A stretch of 64,000 nt of DNA from Bacteroidales bacterium (GTDB taxonomy: Bacteria > Bacteroidota > Bacteroidia > Bacteroidales > FEN-979). Positions within the stretch are counted from its first letter, which is position 1, and every line of letters begins with the position of its first letter. The notes under the pieces are model-generated. The model had not been told where the DNA came from, made no database searches, and was given only the letters and a program-made list of their open reading frames with translations. The DNA lies in the NCBI GenBank assembly GCA_017882335.1, contig JADGPR010000009.1, forward strand, positions 990 to 64,989, in the 5' to 3' direction. Shown in pieces: positions 19,403 through 27,564 of this stretch. The position numbers were made by a program, and so were the translations under genes.

Positions 19403-19652
19403 GGTTTCTCGCAGATTAACGCAGATTAGGCGCAGATTTCCGCAGAAAAAAATTCACCACATTAGTCACTTTAGAACACAATAGTGTCACTTAAGGTAAT
19501 TCTAACTAATGTGAACTATTGTGTCTATTGTGGTGAGAAAATAAAGGCAAGAAGGAAATATTGGGGTTGCTTCGTCGCTGCGCTCCTCGCAATGACAAGG
19601 ACGAGGGGTGTATAAGGAGATTGCTTCGGCACTTCGTGCCTCGCAATGACAA
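19403..19652. repeat. Composite repeat tract (modules A, B, inverted B, and two copies of module C) inside an 817-bp intergenic region
   Basis: ggtttctcgcagattaacgcagattaggcgcagatttccgcag (A). ttcaccacattagtcac...cacaatag plus an inverted copy (B). ttgcttcgtcgctgcgctcctcgcaatgaca and ttgcttcggcacttcgtgcctcgcaatgaca (C). Track ORFs 19502-19684 and 19525-19776 are read-throughs of these modules. Confidence 0.75.
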
Positions 19653-19898
19653 TCCGTTGAATACCCCATGCCACAATCCCACACTGCGTTAGGGGCTGTA
19701 GTGGAAAGCCCGGAGCGAGGAACGAGCGAGGACTTGGAACGGAAGACCCGACCCGAAGGGGAACGCCCAAAATCAATTAAAAATTAAAAATGAAGAATTA
19801 TGTCTTTGCAGTAAAGGCTTCATAGACTATTCGCTTATTGCTCCGACCTCTGACCTCCGATCTCTGACCTCGGAACACCGTCATCATACAATAATTAT

Positions 19899-19906
19899 TA
19901 CCTTTG
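19899..19906 (+). promoter_or_regulatory. -7 box TAccTTTG upstream of mnmA
   Basis: TAnnTTTG match 20 nt upstream of ATG 19926. Confidence 0.45.
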
Positions 19907-19925
19907 CAGCCTTCAATTTTATTGA

Positions 19926-21017
19926 ATGTCAGGAAAGAAAAAAGTTATCGTCGGCCTTAGCGGAGGAGTTGACTCTTCGGTTGCAGCATACCTTCTGAAA
20001 CAACAGGGATTTGATGTCACAGGTGTGACCATGTCGATCTGGGACGGGAAACCCAACCAGGTTCCTTCCGGAAAACATGCCTGTTATGGCCCCGATGAAA
20101 ATGAGGAAATTGAAGAGGCAAGAGAACTGGCCGGCATCCTGGAGATTCCTTACCGGGTATTCGACTGCTCTCAGCGGTATAAAACACTTGTTCTTGACTA
20201 TTTCCGGCAGGAGTACCTTTCGGGACGTACCCCAAACCCCTGCGTAAAATGCAACCAGCTGATCAAATTCGGGATGCTTCCGGATACAGCAAGAATGGAA
20301 GGACTGGCGTTCGACTATTTTGCTACCGGTCATTATGCCATTGTCGAATGGGATGATCAGCGGAAACGGTATTTGCTGAAAAAGGGAGTGGATCCCAGGA
20401 AAGACCAAACCTATTTCATCTATCGCCTTACCCAGCAGCAGCTTTCAAAGGTTCTTTTCCCGATCGGAAAAATGACCAAACAAGAAGTCAGGGAGATTGC
20501 TGCAAAGATCAACATCCCCTTATCTGAAAAGGAAGAAAGCCAGGATTTCTACAGCGGGGATTACAGGGATTTGCTTGATCTAAAAGATACGCCAGGCGAT
20601 ATTGTCGACCATAAAGGAAATGTTCTCGGGAAGCACAAAGGGTTCTGGAATTTTACAATCGGCCAACGGAAAGGCCTTGGAGTCGCTTATTCCGAGCCAC
20701 TTTATGTGCTCAGCCTCAACAAAGAAAAGAATACGGTTGTGGTCGGAACACGGGAAGAGGTGATGAGCTCATCTTTCATTGTAAACGACCTGAACTGGAT
20801 TGCAGTTGAATCACTGTCCGGTCCCATGGAAGTAGAAGTAAAGATCAGGTCGGCACAGAACGCAACAGGTGCACGGATTGAACCCTTTGAAAAGGATTCA
20901 GTTAAAGTCACATTTCATCTCCCGAATGATGGCATCACTCCGGGACAATCTGCTGTTTTTTACTTGGAGGACCTGGTGATAGGTGGTGGGGTGATTGAAA
21001 AAGTGGTGACATGGTGA
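19926..21017 (+). CDS. mnmA: tRNA 2-thiouridine(34) synthase
   Basis: 363 aa with the PP-loop VIVGLSGGVDSSVAA, catalytic NPCVKCN and ATGHYA motifs. Confidence 0.95.
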   Translation: MSGKKKVIVGLSGGVDSSVAAYLLKQQGFDVTGVTMSIWDGKPNQVPSGKHACYGPDENEEIEEARELAGILEIPYRVFDCSQRYKTLVLDYFRQEYLSGRTPNPCVKCNQLIKFGMLPDTARMEGLAFDYFATGHYAIVEWDDQRKRYLLKKGVDPRKDQTYFIYRLTQQQLSKVLFPIGKMTKQEVREIAAKINIPLSEKEESQDFYSGDYRDLLDLKDTPGDIVDHKGNVLGKHKGFWNFTIGQRKGLGVAYSEPLYVLSLNKEKNTVVVGTREEVMSSSFIVNDLNWIAVESLSGPMEVEVKIRSAQNATGARIEPFEKDSVKVTFHLPNDGITPGQSAVFYLEDLVIGGGVIEKVVTW

Positions 21018-21128
21018 CATGGTGAAGTGGTGAGTTTAAATGGCGAAATGCGAAATGCGAATAGCGAAAGTAACAATTCAACTTTAAAAACTTTAAAAAC
21101 TTTACAAACTTTACAAACTTTATAAACT
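21003..21128. repeat. Concatenated tandem word repeats: (gtggtgaca/gtgaagtg)n, (gcgaaat)n, (aaactttaMa)n
   Basis: gtggtgacatggtgacatggtgaagtggtgag ... ggcgaaatgcgaaatgcgaatagcgaaag ... aactttaaaaactttaaaaactttacaaactttacaaactttataaact. The first block begins in the last codons of mnmA. Confidence 0.8.
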
Positions 21129-21139
21129 GACTTCTAATC

Positions 21140-22924
21140 ATGAAAAGAATCCAAATCTTCCTTTTTTTTATCTTTATCCTGACAGATGTTGTATTCTCGC
21201 AGCGTAACCCCGAAATCACTGCCAAAGAACTCAAAACCGATGTTTATTTTCTTGCATCCGATTCATTAAAAGGTCGGAAACCCGGAACAAAGGAAGGCAA
21301 CGTTGCCGCAGGTTACATCCGCGACCAGTTCAAAGCCTCGGGCCTGAAACTGATCTGCGACAATGGCTTCCAGTATTTCGAAATTGTCACGGATGTCACC
21401 GCCGGCGATCATAACGACCTCCGGTTTGGGGATTTTCAAGGAACTTTTAAAAAGGATTTCATGCCGGTAGCCTATTCCTCCAATGGAACCATCGGCAATT
21501 CCGTTGTATTTGCAGGATATGGTTTCGATATCGACCAGGACAGCTTGAAGTGGAAAGACTATGAAGGAGTGGATGTAAAAGGGAAATGGGTCATGCTATT
21601 CCGCGGTGATCCCGAACTGGATAATAACGACAGTAAATTCATCCCTTATACCGAAATCCGGGGAAAGATCCTTGTGGCAAAAGATCATGGGGCAGCAGGT
21701 GTTCTGATTGTTACACCGGTGAATGTGGATAAAGACGATAAACTGATCGGACTTCACTCGGAAAACAATGATGTAACTGCGGGAATCCCCGTCATCAACA
21801 TCAAACGCGAGGTGGCGAATATGTTGCTTAAATCCTCCGGATACAAAGTAGATTCACTTGAAAAAATCCTGAATAAAACGAGAAAGCCCAAAACCATCCT
21901 TCTTCCGGTGATGGTCAATGCATCTGCCGAAATCATCCAGAAAAAAGCATTGACTGAAAACGTGGTAGGGATGATCGAAGGAACCGACCCGGTTTTAAAA
22001 GATGAATATATTGTCATTGGCGGCCATTACGACCACCTCGGGTTTGGTGGTCCGGGTTCCGGCTCGAGGATACCCGACACGGTTGCTGTTCATAATGGCG
22101 CCGACGATAATGCATCCGGAACTGCTATGGTCATCGAACTTGCCGGAAAACTGGCAGCAGAAAAAAACCGGTTGAAGAGAAGTGTTATTTTCATTGCTTT
22201 CAGCGGGGAAGAAATGGGACTCCTGGGATCGAAATATTTCACCGATCATTCGCCGGTGGACATGAAGAAGATCAAAGCCATGTTCAATTTCGATATGGTA
22301 GGCCGGTTTGATAAAGAGAAAAATTCCATCTCAATTAGCGGCACCGGAACTTCATTGGAAGGCGATTCCATAATCCGTATGTATGAAAAACAACTTCCGT
22401 TTACCGTTACCCACTCCCCCGATGGTTACGGGCCTTCCGACCATGCTTCGTTCTATGCATCCAATATCCCTGTATTCTATTTTACGACCGGGGCTCACAC
22501 CGATTATCATACTCCTTTTGATGATGCCGATAAACTGGATTACGGGAAGGAGAAAGAAATTGGGGACTTCAGTTACAACATCATCATGAATATTGATAAC
22601 TTACCCAAAGCCCTTACCTTTCATGAATCAGGCAAGAAAGAAAGTGCAGGAAGAGGAGGGCGCAGGATGAAGGTCACCCTCGGGATCATGCCCGATTTTG
22701 CAGGAACTGAGAAAAAAGGTTTGCGCGTAGATGGGGTCACCAAGGATGCCCCTGCGGATAAAGGAGGCATGCTGAAAGGCGACATCATCATCTCCATCAA
22801 CGGAATGACGGTTGGCAACATCTATGAATACATGTCCCGGATGGGAAAACTGAAACAAGGCCAGACCATCAGTGTTGAGGTGATCAGAAAAGAGAAGAAT
22901 GTGGTGCTGATAATACAGTTGTAA
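21140..22924 (+). CDS. Secreted M28-family metallopeptidase with PA domain and C-terminal PDZ domain
   Basis: 594 aa with a signal peptide. M28 metal-ligand motifs GGHYDHLG, GADDNASG and FSGEEMGLLGS. PDZ-like C-terminus (GVTKDAPADKGGMLKGDIIISINGMTV). Confidence 0.85.
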   Translation: MKRIQIFLFFIFILTDVVFSQRNPEITAKELKTDVYFLASDSLKGRKPGTKEGNVAAGYIRDQFKASGLKLICDNGFQYFEIVTDVTAGDHNDLRFGDFQGTFKKDFMPVAYSSNGTIGNSVVFAGYGFDIDQDSLKWKDYEGVDVKGKWVMLFRGDPELDNNDSKFIPYTEIRGKILVAKDHGAAGVLIVTPVNVDKDDKLIGLHSENNDVTAGIPVINIKREVANMLLKSSGYKVDSLEKILNKTRKPKTILLPVMVNASAEIIQKKALTENVVGMIEGTDPVLKDEYIVIGGHYDHLGFGGPGSGSRIPDTVAVHNGADDNASGTAMVIELAGKLAAEKNRLKRSVIFIAFSGEEMGLLGSKYFTDHSPVDMKKIKAMFNFDMVGRFDKEKNSISISGTGTSLEGDSIIRMYEKQLPFTVTHSPDGYGPSDHASFYASNIPVFYFTTGAHTDYHTPFDDADKLDYGKEKEIGDFSYNIIMNIDNLPKALTFHESGKKESAGRGGRRMKVTLGIMPDFAGTEKKGLRVDGVTKDAPADKGGMLKGDIIISINGMTVGNIYEYMSRMGKLKQGQTISVEVIRKEKNVVLIIQL

Positions 22925-22944
22925 TTGAGGTCTGACCAAAAAGA

Positions 22945-23098
22945 TTTTTCTCGCAGAGTTTCGCGGATTAAACGCTGATTCACGCAGAAATCCGAATAAC
23001 AATTCTATAAGTTTATTTATAGAATGACTAATTTTCTCTGCGAAAACCTGCCTGCCGGTAGGCAAGTTTGCGATTCATCTGCGTAAATCTGCGAGAAA
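22945..23098. mobile_element. MITE-like non-coding element of repeat family A, the most complete copy
   Basis: Left arm tttttctcgcagagtttcgcggattaaacgctgattcacgcagaaa. Central ttctataa...ttatagaa palindrome and cctgcctgccggtaggcaag hairpin. Right arm catctgcgtaaatctgcgagaaa. Track ORF 22628-23065 (MPTGRQVFAEKISH...) reads through it. Confidence 0.6.
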
Positions 23099-23121
23099 TA
23101 ATAAATGTAAATTAGGATTTT

Positions 23122-23523
23122 ATGGAATTAACTAAAATTCTTGATAAGGTTTTCCTTTTCAAATTTATAAAGTTCTGCTTGGTGGGGTTTTCAGGAATCT
23201 TCGTCGATTTCGGGACCACTTATTTCTTCAAGGAGGTGATGAAGGTCCAGAAATATGTTGCCAATGCCATCGGATTCACACTTGCCGCCTCAACCAATTA
23301 TTTTTTGAACAGGATCTGGACTTTTAATAGCCATAATCCACAGATCATCCAGGAGTTTTCACGATTTTTCGTCATCGCCCTTATCGGCCTGGGAATCAAC
23401 AGCACAATCATCTGGCTTTTGAACGATAAGTTCAGGATCAATTTCTATCTTTCGAAACTGTTTGCTACGGTGATCGTAACCTTGTGGAATTTCCTGATCA
23501 ACGCTTATTTCACTTTTGCCTGA
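23122..23523 (+). CDS. GtrA-family membrane protein
   Basis: 133 aa, 4 TM segments, FIKFCLVGFSGIFVDFG and WNFLINAYFTF motifs typical of GtrA-like proteins. Confidence 0.8.
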   Translation: MELTKILDKVFLFKFIKFCLVGFSGIFVDFGTTYFFKEVMKVQKYVANAIGFTLAASTNYFLNRIWTFNSHNPQIIQEFSRFFVIALIGLGINSTIIWLLNDKFRINFYLSKLFATVIVTLWNFLINAYFTFA

Positions 23524-23535
23524 ACCGGCATAGCA

Positions 23536-24573
23536 TCAGTCGTCATCGTCATCTCCGCCTGATCCGGATTGAGTAGTATCATTTTTCACGGTATCTGCCT
23601 TTGCGTTTTTCAAAGGTGCAGACGGAGTTATAGCAGGTGCAGGTGTTATGGCGGGGGCTGAAGCTTCCTGGGTTTTGGTCATATCTTCAGGTATGCAAAC
23701 GATAAAATCAGCTTTTCCAAGATTGTCTTTTTCAAGTTCATCCAGGTCGTCCTGCTCAACGGTAGTTATGGTAAGGATCTTCAGTTCCGTGGCATTTCTT
23801 TTATTGTATTCTTTCAGGTACCATACGATTCCTTCATAATTTTCGGAGTGGTAACTCCCGTTAATATGATAAAAAACATACCCGTCATTCAGGTTCTTTA
23901 AAATGAAATGGGCCATAGTTGCATCCTTGATCGCCTGTGCTTTCGGGAGGTTATCCCCCATATGCGTCTGGGAGCCGGTAAACATATCGCGGATCTTTTT
24001 ATAACAGTTCAATTCAGGATTGTATTTTAGGGGTAATGGGGCTATCATCCCGCGTTCCAACGAATTGATGCTATCGAGTCCTTCAAACCCTTTGAGGTTT
24101 ACAATAGCCGAATAACGCCTTGGAATATTTGTCGCAATGAATTTTACCCCTTTTTTTGCAGCAAAATCCACGATGGGAGCATAATCAGTCTTGTAATTGG
24201 GCCAGAGTTTTGCTTCCGCTTCGAAATCTTTTTTCCGGATCATGGAAGAGATGTATTCATTCAAAAGCAGTTGGTTGTCTCGTTCAAACATCTCTGCCCC
24301 AATGATCAGTTGGCCCTTCTTCTCTTTATAAAGATCTTTGGCAAGTTGCAATTCAAGCCAGTGGCAAATCGGGTTGGTATGGTCCTCGCCAAAAAACACC
24401 ACATCCGCATTTCTTGCGGCTTTGAGGATGTCGCCATAATCTGCAACACGGCCTTTACTATTGAATACACGGTAAGCGGGTTTGTCGCTTTTTGCGGAAA
24501 CCAGCAAAACAAAAATTGCTATAATTCCAATGTGGGCTTTGATTTTCATAATAATGTTTCTATTTAACCTCAC
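23536..24573 (-). CDS. ChaN-family (haem-binding uptake / Tiki-like) lipoprotein with a low-complexity acidic tail
   Basis: 345 aa. ADVVFFGEDHTNPICHWLE matches the ChaN GExH motif. The C-terminus is PAITPAPAITP...SGSGGDDDDD. The start may be the Met at 24549. Confidence 0.65.
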   Translation of the reverse strand: MRLNRNIIMKIKAHIGIIAIFVLLVSAKSDKPAYRVFNSKGRVADYGDILKAARNADVVFFGEDHTNPICHWLELQLAKDLYKEKKGQLIIGAEMFERDNQLLLNEYISSMIRKKDFEAEAKLWPNYKTDYAPIVDFAAKKGVKFIATNIPRRYSAIVNLKGFEGLDSINSLERGMIAPLPLKYNPELNCYKKIRDMFTGSQTHMGDNLPKAQAIKDATMAHFILKNLNDGYVFYHINGSYHSENYEGIVWYLKEYNKRNATELKILTITTVEQDDLDELEKDNLGKADFIVCIPEDMTKTQEASAPAITPAPAITPSAPLKNAKADTVKNDTTQSGSGGDDDDD

Positions 24574-24620
24574 CCCCCGCCCCCCTCTCCTTCAGGAGAG
24601 AGGGTGAAGGGGGAGAGGTG
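24568..24620. repeat. C-rich/G-rich hairpin module E (ccctctcc-ttca-ggagaggg type)
   Basis: cctcaccccccgcccccctctccttcaggagagagggtgaagggggagaggtg. A related perfect hairpin lies at 59105-59128. Confidence 0.6.
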
Positions 24621-24683
24621 ATTGGGTCAATTCATTTCACTTTATCGTAATAAAACAATTCTTTATTCTTCATTTTTCATTCT

Positions 24684-25172
24684 TCATTTCTTAAGACCTT
24701 CTTCTTTGAACGAAAGCGGGAGAAGCGTTTCCATTCCTTCGATGGTCAGCACTTTCCCGGTTTCTCCCATCAGGATGATCCGGATTTTTTCAGAACTTAG
24801 CATCTCGTATTCGATGATGGCCTGCCGGCAGGATCCGCAAGGTGTCACCGGCTTTTCAACCGGAAATTGCAGTGATTTTGCCGTAATGGCGATTGCTTTG
24901 ACCGCAATCCCCGGGTTTGCAGATGCTGCTGCAAACAGTGCCACCCTCTCAGCACAAAGTCCCGAAGGGAAAGCCATATTCTCCTGGTTGTTGCCAGTGA
25001 TGATTTTACCGTTTCCCATCCTTACGGCCGCACCGACCTTGTAATGTGAATATGGAGCATAGGCAGAATCCACGGCAATCTTTGCATGTTCAAGCAACTC
25101 CCGGTCTGAGGGGGGCAATTCTTCCATTGAATCATATTCCAGGTAAGAAATGGAAAGGTTTTTCTGTTCCAT
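24684..25172 (-). CDS. cdd: Cytidine deaminase
   Basis: CAERVALFAAAS (HAE/CAE zinc site) and PCGSCRQAIIEYE motifs. The start is trimmed to MEQKNLSISY (25172) because the longer track ORF overlaps the upstream S41 gene. Confidence 0.9.
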   Translation of the reverse strand: MEQKNLSISYLEYDSMEELPPSDRELLEHAKIAVDSAYAPYSHYKVGAAVRMGNGKIITGNNQENMAFPSGLCAERVALFAAASANPGIAVKAIAITAKSLQFPVEKPVTPCGSCRQAIIEYEMLSSEKIRIILMGETGKVLTIEGMETLLPLSFKEEGLKK

Positions 25173-25182
25173 GAAGGGGATT

Positions 25183-26916
25183 TTAATGGTTTCCGGGATC
25201 ATCATCCGTCGAATCGTCATCCCCGGTTTTATTATCGGTGCTTCCCGATGGGGCTTTATAAGTTCCGGCCAGTACCGATTTGTAAAGATTCTGATCGACC
25301 AGCGTATTTATGGCTTCTGCTATGTCTTTATCGGTATCCAGGGAGGCGATAATTTTGCCCTTCTGGTAATAATATCTCGAAACGATCTCCAGCTTGATCA
25401 AATCACTGATCTGCGATTTGAATTTCGTCAGATCGCTTTTTTTATCATTATCCATCTGTTTCTTCAGGGCATCGTATTCCGATTTGATTGCATTAAAATA
25501 GTGTTCTTTCTCCGAATCTTTCCGCAGGTCTTCCAGGGCTTCTTCACTTTTTGTTCTATAATCATAATTCTTATCGGAAATAAAAGCTAAGAAGGCATTG
25601 AAAATGGTATCGGTAATCTCAAATTTATCTGCGGAAGGAATAGTGGGATGTTCTCTTCTGAATTGAGTAGCAAAGTCAAAGATCAGGTACTTTGTATAAA
25701 GCGCCATTGAAATGTTGCTGTATTCCACTTTGTTGCTGTGAATATCGGGTTTGATTCCTCTTCCTTCGTATACGGTGCGCCCATCCTTTGTTTTAAACGC
25801 TGCGATCAGGGAATCGGGGATTTTGCCAAATATGCCTTCTTTGTTTTTGTGCGAATAATCAATGGCCTGTATACAACGTCCGCTGGGAATATAATACTTA
25901 GCTACGGTGACTTTCATCTGGGCATTAAAACTCAGCGGGACAACATTTTGAACCAGTCCTTTCCCAAAGGTCCTGCGACCGACGATCACGCCGCGGTCGA
26001 GGTCTTGCATGGCGCCTGAGAGGATCTCGCTGGCCGATGCGCTCTGCCCGTCAACGAGAATGACCACCGGTATATTCACATCCACCGGTGCATTCATGGT
26101 TTTGTAAGAGTGGTTCTTGTCTGGAAGTTTTCCTTTTGTGGTGACAACTTCCTGCCCCCGGTCAACAAAAATATTTACAATATCAACGGCTTCATTCAGC
26201 AAACCGCCACCGTTCCCGCGGAGGTCTATGATGATCCCTTTCAGCTCGCTCTTTTCACGGAGTTTCATAAGAGCCTGTTTGACCTCTGATGCGGCTTTCT
26301 GCGTAAAACTGGTGAGTTTAATATAGCCGATACCATGATCCAGCATACCGGAATAGGGAATGTTATCGATTTTGATGATCTCACGGTTGATGGTCTTCTC
26401 GATTGGGGCATTTTCACCCGGGCGTTGGATTTTCAGGGTGATCGTGGTCCCTGACTGTCCTTTAAGGATAGCACTTACATCAGAATAGGTTTTTCCTTTG
26501 GCGGATTGTCCGTTGATCTCAAGGATCATATCTCCGGCCCTTAGATCGCTCTTCTGTGCCGGGGCACCTTCGTAAGGTTCCGAAATTACAACATATTCCC
26601 CGTTCTGATGGATCAATGCCCCGATACCGCCATATTCACCGGTGGTGATGAATTTATAGTCTTCGATCTCTGTCTCGGTGATGTAGTTGGTGTATGGATC
26701 GAGCGACTCAAGCATAGCGTCGATGGCCGTTTTTGAGAGTTCTCCCGGCTTAATGTCATCCACATAATTTGTGTTCAACTCTTTAATGACATTCGAAAAA
26801 ATGTCAAGATTTTTTACAATTTCAAAACCCTGTTCGCTTGGTGCCTGTGCCTCTGCAATCTTGCAAGCGCCCAGCAAAACCATAATCAGTAAAACAATTT
26901 CTCCTCTTCGTATCAT
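25183..26916 (-). CDS. S41-family C-terminal processing peptidase (PDZ-containing)
   Basis: 577 aa with a signal peptide, a PDZ domain (PAQKSDLRAGDMILEING), and catalytic-region motifs DLRGNGGGLL and SASASEILSGAMQD. Confidence 0.9.
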   Translation of the reverse strand: MIRRGEIVLLIMVLLGACKIAEAQAPSEQGFEIVKNLDIFSNVIKELNTNYVDDIKPGELSKTAIDAMLESLDPYTNYITETEIEDYKFITTGEYGGIGALIHQNGEYVVISEPYEGAPAQKSDLRAGDMILEINGQSAKGKTYSDVSAILKGQSGTTITLKIQRPGENAPIEKTINREIIKIDNIPYSGMLDHGIGYIKLTSFTQKAASEVKQALMKLREKSELKGIIIDLRGNGGGLLNEAVDIVNIFVDRGQEVVTTKGKLPDKNHSYKTMNAPVDVNIPVVILVDGQSASASEILSGAMQDLDRGVIVGRRTFGKGLVQNVVPLSFNAQMKVTVAKYYIPSGRCIQAIDYSHKNKEGIFGKIPDSLIAAFKTKDGRTVYEGRGIKPDIHSNKVEYSNISMALYTKYLIFDFATQFRREHPTIPSADKFEITDTIFNAFLAFISDKNYDYRTKSEEALEDLRKDSEKEHYFNAIKSEYDALKKQMDNDKKSDLTKFKSQISDLIKLEIVSRYYYQKGKIIASLDTDKDIAEAINTLVDQNLYKSVLAGTYKAPSGSTDNKTGDDDSTDDDPGNH

Positions 26917-26968
26917 AATCCCTGATAATTATCTTTTATAAATACTTTATTTGTTTTTATTCCGGATG

Positions 26969-27190
26969 TCAGGGCACAGGATCGTACCCGTTTCCACCCC
27001 AGGGGCGACAGCGCACCAGTCTTTTGAGGGTAAACCAACCACCTTTGAAAGGGCCATGTTTCCTAATCGCTTCTATTCCGTAAACCGAGCAGGATGGCGT
27101 AAACCTGCATGACGGCATCAGGTAAGGAGAGATTGCGCCCTGGTAAAACCGGATCAAAAGGATGAAGAAATTACCCAGTAATTTGCACAT
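26969..27190 (-). CDS. yidD: Membrane protein insertion efficiency factor YidD
   Basis: 73 aa with the canonical [31 protein letters not shown]. Overlaps the rnpA 3' end by 20 nt. Confidence 0.9.
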   Translation of the reverse strand: MCKLLGNFFILLIRFYQGAISPYLMPSCRFTPSCSVYGIEAIRKHGPFKGGWFTLKRLVRCRPWGGNGYDPVP

Positions 27191-27563
27191 GTTCTTTCCT
27201 TAAACGTTGTAAAAGTAATATTATTTTTTCCCGGATCAGACTGGATGGAAGGATTTCTTTCGACGTGTAAGTAATGCAAAATGCCATCTGTTGTTGTCTT
27301 TCCGTAAGAGCTTCGTATAGGATCCCCTTGTTTGTGCGGTAGGCTTCCCGGATCCAGCGTTTGATTTTGTTCCGGTGAACGGATTTTCGCAGGTTTTGTT
27401 TTGGAACTGAGATAAGTACCTGTGCGGGAAAATTTACAGGGATCCCGGTTTCCATGAAAGTCACGCGAAATGGATGGATATAAAAAGAATGGCCTTCCCG
27501 GAAGAGTTTTGTGATCAGAATTTTCTTGCACAACCTTTCATCCTTTGTGAAAGTTTGCTTCAT
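27171..27563 (-). CDS. rnpA: Ribonuclease P protein component
   Basis: 130 aa, basic, with the [17 protein letters not shown] (RNR-motif-like) signature and conserved position upstream of yidD. Confidence 0.85.
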   Translation of the reverse strand: MKQTFTKDERLCKKILITKLFREGHSFYIHPFRVTFMETGIPVNFPAQVLISVPKQNLRKSVHRNKIKRWIREAYRTNKGILYEALTERQQQMAFCITYTSKEILPSSLIREKIILLLQRLRKEHVQITG

Positions 27564-27564
27564 G

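Noticed and set aside
19502-19776. Two overlapping minus-strand small ORFs (60 and 83 aa)
   Set aside because: Both are translations of dispersed repeat modules B and C (CHCEARSAEAIS / VIARHEVPKQSP peptides). They have no start context and the same modules recur in non-coding positions elsewhere.
23536-26916. Acidic low-complexity C-terminal tails on the ChaN-like (…SGSGGDDDDD) and S41 (…GDDDSTDDDPGNH) proteins as a shared sorting signal
   Set aside because: There are only two examples with no shared motif beyond Asp richness. I cannot distinguish this from compositional coincidence without genome-wide statistics.
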